Shown here in pieces: positions 58,729 through 64,000 of a DNA stretch of 64,000 nt (position 1 is the first letter of the stretch; every line of letters starts with the position of its first letter). The stretch is taken from NCBI GenBank assembly GCA_963702005.1, contig OY969696.1, forward strand, positions 480,001-544,000, written 5' to 3'. Both the position numbers and the translations under genes were made by a program. This DNA comes from Candidatus Aminicenantes bacterium. GTDB lineage: Bacteria > Acidobacteriota > Aminicenantia > Aminicenantales > JAFGBC01. Under the pieces are notes generated by a model. That model was not told the origin of the DNA and made no database searches. It saw nothing but the letters and a program-made list of their open reading frames with translations.

Positions 58729-59847
58729 TCATTCCCCCTCCAAGCTTTCCTTGAGGAGCTCGGACTTGATGAAAAAGCCGCCCGCGGCCACGAAGGATTC
58801 CCCCGGAGCGAGCCCGGAGAGGATTTCGACCCAGCCGTCCCGGGCCGATCCCGCCGCGATCTCCTTGACGGCGAAGGATCGCTCACCGGCGGGGACGAAG
58901 ACGATGGTCTTTCCGCCGATTCTCTGGACGGCCGATTCGGGGATGAGGAGCGAACTCGTCCGGGAGGGGATGACGAGAGTCACATCGGCGAACATCCCGG
59001 GTTTGAGCCGCGCGGGGTCGTTCCCGACCTCAACCCGGCCGATGACCGTCCGCGTCTCGGAGTCGATGAGGTCCGAGAGCTGGGCCAGCCTTCCCTTGAA
59101 CTCCAAATTCGGGTAGGCGCCGACCCTGACGACCGCCGCGACGCCGGCCGCAACGGAGCCGAGGTCCCTCTCGTGGATCCGGGCGTTGACCAGAAGGGAC
59201 GAGAGGTCGGCGATCCGGAACAGGTTGGCCCCGACCTCGAGGGTATCGCCGGCGACGGCCGCGCTCTCGATGACGGTCCCGGCGAGGGGAGCCGATACCG
59301 TGAGCAGATTGCGGGGCGCTCGGGATTCCTCGATTGCCTTGATCTCCTCTTCGGTCAGCCCTAAAATCAGAAGCCTCGTCCGGGCCGAGTCCGCGATGGC
59401 GCGGGCCGCTTTAGCATCCTCCGGCGCCAGGGCCTCGTCGAGCCCGACCAGGCGGGCCCGCGCTTGTAGGAATTCGGCCTGGGCCGATAGGAATTCCGGG
59501 CTGAACAGGGTGAGAAGGGGCCGTCCCTTCGAGACGCGGTCCCCTAAAAAAGCGAAGACCTCTTCGATCCGGCCCGGGAGCCGCGACGTGACATGATGGA
59601 CCTTCCTGGGATTCAAGGTGACCTCGCCCGGAGCCGAGATCAGGAGCGGGACCGAACGAAGCTCAGCGACCTGGATTTTGATGCCCGCGATGCCGATGGC
59701 GGCCTGGCTCATGGTGACGGACGTCGGTTCGTTCTTTGGCTCGGGCGCGACCTCGCCGCTGATATCGGCTTTGTTCCGGCAGGCGGCGAACGACACCGCC
59801 GCCGTCGCCATCACGATCATCATCAGAATCTTGAATTCAGTCCTCAT
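58729..59847 (-). CDS. CzcB/CusB-type membrane fusion protein
   Basis: SPEFLSAQAEFL, APLAGTV, IADLS, ETRTV, LKPGMFA. Confidence 0.92.
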   Translation of the reverse strand: MRTEFKILMMIVMATAAVSFAACRNKADISGEVAPEPKNEPTSVTMSQAAIGIAGIKIQVAELRSVPLLISAPGEVTLNPRKVHHVTSRLPGRIEEVFAFLGDRVSKGRPLLTLFSPEFLSAQAEFLQARARLVGLDEALAPEDAKAARAIADSARTRLLILGLTEEEIKAIEESRAPRNLLTVSAPLAGTVIESAAVAGDTLEVGANLFRIADLSSLLVNARIHERDLGSVAAGVAAVVRVGAYPNLEFKGRLAQLSDLIDSETRTVIGRVEVGNDPARLKPGMFADVTLVIPSRTSSLLIPESAVQRIGGKTIVFVPAGERSFAVKEIAAGSARDGWVEILSGLAPGESFVAAGGFFIKSELLKESLEGE

Positions 59848-61093
59848 GGCTCTCTCCTATCTCTGCGTTCTCTTCCCCGGACCGTTCGAGCTCGGCGCGC
59901 GCCTCTTCATAAAGAAGAAGGGACCTCCAGTATTCGGCACGGGCCTCGGCGGCCGTGCGATAAAGGTCGATCAGGCCGAGGCTGTCCAGCCGCCCGTTCC
60001 TGTATTCGGCGAGGCCCGTTTCGATCTGGCGCGAGACTTCGCCCAAGAGCTTTTCCTCGAACAGACGGACCTGTTCCTCAACCGCCTTGAGGCCGGCGTA
60101 GGCGTTCTCGATCCCGGCCGAGACCCGGGTCCGGACGGCGGCGGCCGCGATGGCGAAGAGTTGGGACTTGGCTTCGGCCTCGACTGTTTCGCCGCGCCGT
60201 CCTTCCCTCCAGACAAAGGGGAGAGACAGGCTGAGCTCGAAGCCCCAAGCGCCGGTCCGATGGCTCGGCAGGTACAGGCCCACCGTAACGTCGGGGAGGA
60301 GGTTTTTTCTGGTTAGGGCTAGATCGGCCATCGCCCGGTCCTGCCGGGCGGCTTCGATCCCAATTGTGCGGCTGGCCGCCGTGAGTTCGTCCTTGACCGC
60401 GGCCAGGTCTTTCTCGAGTGGGGCGAAGGAGAAGGCCGAGAGGACCTCGAGCGGTTCGTTCCCCTGCCGTCCCAGAAGGAGGTTGAGGCGAACTTTGTCG
60501 GCAGCGAGGTCCTTGCGCTTTTCGATGAGGTCGTTGCGGGCCTTGACCTTTTCCACGCCCGCCCTCAGGACGTCCAGGTAGGGAACGCTCCCGGCTTCGT
60601 ATCTCGTGCGGGCCGCCTCGAGGAAGCGGTCGAGAAGGGCCAGGTTCGTCTCGAGGAGCGCGATTGTTTTAAACCGGTAGAGAACCCGGTAGTAGGCCAT
60701 CTTGACTTCGGCGCCCAGGACGATCCGGAGTCGTTCGAAATCAAGACGGGCGATTTCCTCCCCGTAGCGTCCGATCTTGCCGCGCAAGGGGCGTTTGGCC
60801 AAAAACTCGAGGGATTGCTGGATCCCCAGGTTGACCTCCGATTCTTGTCCGTCGCCGGAACGTTTCAGGGGAATCGCTTCGTTGCTGAAAACGATCTCGG
60901 GGGCCGGGATGGCTTCGAGCTGAAGTCGTTGTCCCCGGGAGACATCGAGAGCTTTCTGGGCGGCGAGGACGGTCGGATTCTGACGGAGGGCCAGCTCCAC
61001 GGCCTGCTCGACGGTCAAGCCGGGGCCGGACGAGGGCGAAAGGGCCGCGGCTTGGGCCAACACGGCGGAAAAAACGATGGCGGCGAGATGCAT
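59837..61093 (-). CDS. CzcC-type outer membrane efflux protein
   Basis: Signal peptide, AVELALRQNP, RYEAG, LSLPF, EYRNG; first gene of the CBA order; AAGGAGG RBS. Confidence 0.88.
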   Translation of the reverse strand: MHLAAIVFSAVLAQAAALSPSSGPGLTVEQAVELALRQNPTVLAAQKALDVSRGQRLQLEAIPAPEIVFSNEAIPLKRSGDGQESEVNLGIQQSLEFLAKRPLRGKIGRYGEEIARLDFERLRIVLGAEVKMAYYRVLYRFKTIALLETNLALLDRFLEAARTRYEAGSVPYLDVLRAGVEKVKARNDLIEKRKDLAADKVRLNLLLGRQGNEPLEVLSAFSFAPLEKDLAAVKDELTAASRTIGIEAARQDRAMADLALTRKNLLPDVTVGLYLPSHRTGAWGFELSLSLPFVWREGRRGETVEAEAKSQLFAIAAAAVRTRVSAGIENAYAGLKAVEEQVRLFEEKLLGEVSRQIETGLAEYRNGRLDSLGLIDLYRTAAEARAEYWRSLLLYEEARAELERSGEENAEIGESHED

Positions 61094-61097
61094 GATG

Positions 61098-61153
61098 ACC
61101 TCCTTTCCTGGTCGGATGGGCGCGCTTGGATCGAAAGCGCCGGGAAAGGAGGC
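61098..61153 (-). promoter_or_regulatory. Anti-SD/SD hairpin between the leader ORF and czcC
   Basis: mRNA reads UGA G CCUCCUUUCC ... GGAAAGGAGG UCAUC AUG. Perfect 10-bp complementarity (61143-52 with 61099-108) covers the czcC SD. Confidence 0.75.
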
Positions 61154-61426
61154 TCAGTCGGGCGGGTGGAAGATATTCTTGCTGAATTCCGGGACGAGGA
61201 CCGGATCGTTGTTCCAGGTCAGCCATGATCCGAGGGGCCTAAGCTCGAGGCCGCAGATCGGCTGGAGTGAAGCGGCATTAGCCCAGGGGCGGTGGAGCGA
61301 GTGGCAAACTCCGGCCATCTCATCGTGGCAAGTCGCCTCGTGGGCGAGCGTGTTGAAGGCGAAGAGACAGAGCAGGGCCCAGAAAACCAGCAGCCCGGCC
61401 GAGCTCTTCCAGAAGCGTTTGATCAT
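61154..61426 (-). CDS. Exported His/Cys-rich leader peptide (CzcI/DUF2946-like) ending in FHPPD
   Basis: Signal/TM segment, HEATCHDEMAGVCHSLH, C-terminal IFHPPD; lies directly downstream of a consensus promoter. Confidence 0.7.
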   Translation of the reverse strand: MIKRFWKSSAGLLVFWALLCLFAFNTLAHEATCHDEMAGVCHSLHRPWANAASLQPICGLELRPLGSWLTWNNDPVLVPEFSKNIFHPPD

Positions 61427-61448
61427 GGCGGTTTGAGTTAAGAGTTGG

Positions 61449-61477
61449 ATTGTATCCGGCCGCTTCCCCGCTGTCAA
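61449..61477 (-). promoter_or_regulatory. Sigma70 promoter of the leader-czcCBA operon
   Basis: Minus strand TTGACA-N17-TACAAT. Confidence 0.75.
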
Positions 61478-61614
61478 TGCCGGAAGGCGTCGATAAAAGC
61501 AATGACCTTCCCGGGATTCATAAATTTAATTTATTAATCCCGGAGAAGGAATTGCTTCAGAATCCAATCGGATTTGTTTAGCGCCCCGCGATGGGCTTAC
61601 AATAGAACCGTGCC

Positions 61615-62271
61615 ATGAATAAACCCGCTACGATTGGAGTGTTTTTCGCCGTCCTCCTCGCCTTGTGTTTCTGCGAATCATGGAGCTCCGGCATTATCAT
61701 CCTCTGCGCGGGGGACAGCATCACCGAGCAGGCCTATCCCCGATTCCTCCAGCGGGCCCTCAAAAAGGAAGGTCTGCGGGCCAGGGTTCTTAACTACGGG
61801 AAGAGCGGATATACGACCGGCGAGTACTTGAAGTTCCTGCGCGGCCGGCTCGAGAAGGTCAAGGCCGAGAGTCCGGATTTCGTCCTCCTCGAGCTCGGGA
61901 CGAACGACGTCCGCGTCGACGGAGATCGAACTTCTCTTGCGGATTTCGAGCGAAACCTGCGAGAAATCGTCGGGATATTCCAGGGATGCCGAAACCGCCG
62001 CGGAGGTCCGACGGCCGTCCTCCTCGCTACTATCCCTCCCGTTCCAGAAAATACGTCCTACCCCTTCAGCCCGGAATCGATCCGGCGGGTCGTCGGGGAA
62101 ATCAACCCCGCCATCAGGGCCGTTTCCGCCGAGTCGGCACTTCCCCTGGTAGACAACTACGTTTTGTTCGCGAGCGCGCCCGACCTCCTTCCCGGCGTTC
62201 ATCCCTCCCGGGAGGGATACCGGCGGCTCGCCCTCAACTGGTTCCAAGCCCTCCGGCCCCTTCTGGATTAA
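61615..62271 (+). CDS. SGNH/GDSL hydrolase, exported
   Basis: GDSIT, GKSG, LGTND, GVHPS; N-terminal hydrophobic signal. Confidence 0.88.
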   Translation: MNKPATIGVFFAVLLALCFCESWSSGIIILCAGDSITEQAYPRFLQRALKKEGLRARVLNYGKSGYTTGEYLKFLRGRLEKVKAESPDFVLLELGTNDVRVDGDRTSLADFERNLREIVGIFQGCRNRRGGPTAVLLATIPPVPENTSYPFSPESIRRVVGEINPAIRAVSAESALPLVDNYVLFASAPDLLPGVHPSREGYRRLALNWFQALRPLLD

Positions 62272-62304
62272 GTGCGCTCGGGGCGGCATTCGGCCCGAAT
62301 CGTC

Positions 62305-62333
62305 TTGCAGTTTTAAAAGAAAGGTGCTATCAT
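62305..62333 (+). promoter_or_regulatory. Promoter of the hfq-like/pdxA operon
   Basis: TTGCAG-N17-TATCAT with TG extension. Confidence 0.55.
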
Positions 62334-62385
62334 AGCGGCAATTAAGGGAGTTTTTCCGATCCCCAAACAGCCGGGAGATATACCC

Positions 62386-62718
62386 ATGAACCGTAGACTT
62401 ATCAGGCCCAATTTTACGGAAATCAAGGACAGGCTGAGCGCCCAGGACCAGGCCAAGAAAAAAATCCACCCCCCGACCGATACCTTTGCCGAGAATTACT
62501 ACTACCTCAAGCAGATGAACAAGAAAACCCCGATGGCGGTCGTTTTCGCGGACGGCCAGATCATCGAGGGCACCATCGAATGGTACGACCGGAACACGAT
62601 CAAGCTCAACCGCGACAACGCCCCGAACCTCCTCATCTACAAGGCCAACATTAAGTACATCTACAAACTCGATGAGACGCCCGAGCCCGAGGAGGATCTC
62701 AAGAAGAAGAAAAAATGA
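62386..62718 (+). CDS. Divergent Hfq/Sm-fold RNA chaperone
   Basis: Sm1-like VVFADGQIIEGTIEWYD and Sm2-like LLIYKANIKYI; N-terminal extension. Confidence 0.7.
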   Translation: MNRRLIRPNFTEIKDRLSAQDQAKKKIHPPTDTFAENYYYLKQMNKKTPMAVVFADGQIIEGTIEWYDRNTIKLNRDNAPNLLIYKANIKYIYKLDETPEPEEDLKKKKK

Positions 62719-63700
62719 GGGTCCCCAGGATCGGAATCAGCCTGGGCGACCCGGGCGGCATCGGCCCCGAAATCATCCTCAAGGCTTTGTGCGGCGAGCC
62801 GTCTCTTCCCCAGGCCGTCTATATCCTGTTCGGCGACGCCCCGGTCGTCGAGCGCGAAGCTAAGCGCCTGGGCTTCAAGGCGGCATTTCCCCGCTGGGGG
62901 GAGAGACGGGCCAAGACGGCCCCGGCATCTTTTTCCATGACGTCCGGACGTCGTTGACCGACGTGTCATTGGGGTCGGCCAGCAAAGAGAACGGTGAAGC
63001 GTCGTTCCTTTATTTCGAAGCGGCGGTAGCAAAAGCCAAGCGGGGCGCGCTGGACGGCCTGGTCACCGCTCCCATCTCTAAAAGCTCTTGGGACTTGGCC
63101 GGGTTCCGCTGGCGCGGCCACACGGACTACCTTGAACAATTCTACCCCGAAGCGATCATGACCTTCTGGTCGGAGCGGCTCAACGTCGCCCTCTTCAGTC
63201 ACCATCTTTCGCTTTGGGAAGCGCTGGGAAAGGTCCGGAAGGATGTCCTGCTCGGTTTTCTCAAAAGGCTCCATGGGTCGCTGGAGCGCGCCCGTCCCGG
63301 CCGCTGCGAGCTCCTGGTGGCGGGCCTCAACCCTCACGCCGGGGAGGACGGGCTGATGGGGATGGAGGAGAGCCGGGAAATCCTGCCCGCGATCTCGGCG
63401 GCCCGGACGGAAGGGGTCCGCGTTTCCGGCCCCTATCCTCCCGACACGGTTTTCCTCAAAGCTCTCGACCATCCCGATACCGTCGTCGTCGCCCTCTACC
63501 ATGACCAGGGACTGGTCGCCTTTAAAACCGTCGCTTTCGAGAGCGGCGTCAACGCGACCCTGGGCATGCCGTTCGTACGGACTTCGCCCGACCATGGGAC
63601 GGCCTTCGACATCGCCGGCAAGGACGTCGCGAGCCCGCGCAGCATGATCGCGGCTCTGAGGTTGGCCTGGGAGTTCGTCCGGTCTACCGCCCGTCCATAA
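62715..63700 (+). CDS. pdxA: 4-hydroxythreonine-4-phosphate dehydrogenase, with an apparent frameshift near the G6 run at 62896-62901
   Basis: GDPGGIGPEI in the first ORF; TAPISK, GHTDYL, GLNPHAGE, YHDQGL, RTSPDHGTAFDIAG in the second ORF (-1 frame). Confidence 0.85.
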
Positions 63701-63998
63701 GGACGGCGGCTGAATTCCCTTCTCTGAAGATTCGGCCGGCCGCGTCGCGCAAGGCCTCTCCGCTGAGTCCGTCCAATTCCCCGGCGAGGGCTTCCGGGAC
63801 GATCTCGAGTTGGACCGCGCGCCCCAGGGAAAAGGCATACCCGTAGATATTATTCGCGAGCGCCTCGCGGGGCCAAGGCGCGATCCCGAGCATGAAGCCG
63901 AAAGCGTTGCGGACCGTCTCAAGGTCCGAACGGCGCAACGGCGCGGCCGCGGCCGTCCGGACGAAGTCGGCGAGACGCCGAAGTGCGCCCGAAGGATT
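63684..63998 (-). CDS. 3' end of a hypothetical protein running off the window
   Basis: Frame is open from the window edge (NPSGALRRLADFVR...RIFREGNSAAVLMDGR*); converges on pdxA. Confidence 0.45.
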   Translation of the reverse strand, partial: NPSGALRRLADFVRTAAAAPLRRSDLETVRNAFGFMLGIAPWPREALANNIYGYAFSLGRAVQLEIVPEALAGELDGLSGEALRDAAGRIFREGNSAAVLMDGR

Positions 63999-64000
63999 CG

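Overview
High-GC bacterial chromosomal window spanning the probable replication origin (dnaA-dnaN). Gene content and protein style suggest an anaerobic diderm, plausibly Acidobacteriota/Aminicenantia; this is inference only. Left to right it holds: a polyferredoxin fragment; the yceD-rpmF-plsX-fabG-acpP-fabF-etfBA operon; polA; a 12-gene membrane-bound group 4 [NiFe]-hydrogenase with a complex I-like subunit set; dnaN/dnaA with a DnaA-box/trio/AT-rich origin; a TPR-lipoprotein-peptidase/propeller/Omp85 module; rpmB; rel-gmhB-waaF; a signal-peptide-bearing MEMO1-AMMECR1 fusion; a housekeeping run (ispE, tRNA-Gln, prs, rplY, pth, rpsF, rpsR, rplI, dnaB, mlaEFD, radA, PIN/TRAM, ispDF); an ECF sigma/anti-sigma/Spy-like/MacAB-TolC module; a CzcCBA-type metal efflux operon; an SGNH hydrolase; an Hfq-like protein; and pdxA. 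The most interesting signals are: (1) a His/Cys-rich exported leader peptide ending in FHPPD, whose stop codon is immediately followed by an anti-Shine-Dalgarno helix sequestering the czcC ribosome-binding site (candidate metal-sensing translational attenuator); (2) an unannotated family of TACYCA...TGRGT hairpins, with a 43-nt block shared between two intergenic loci 27 kb apart; (3) the permuted 11-subunit complex I-like hydrogenase with a G8 tract in its promoter spacer; (4) a perfect 53-bp palindrome. No CRISPR array, rRNA, integrase or transposase was seen. All product calls come from motif recognition; no database searches were run.
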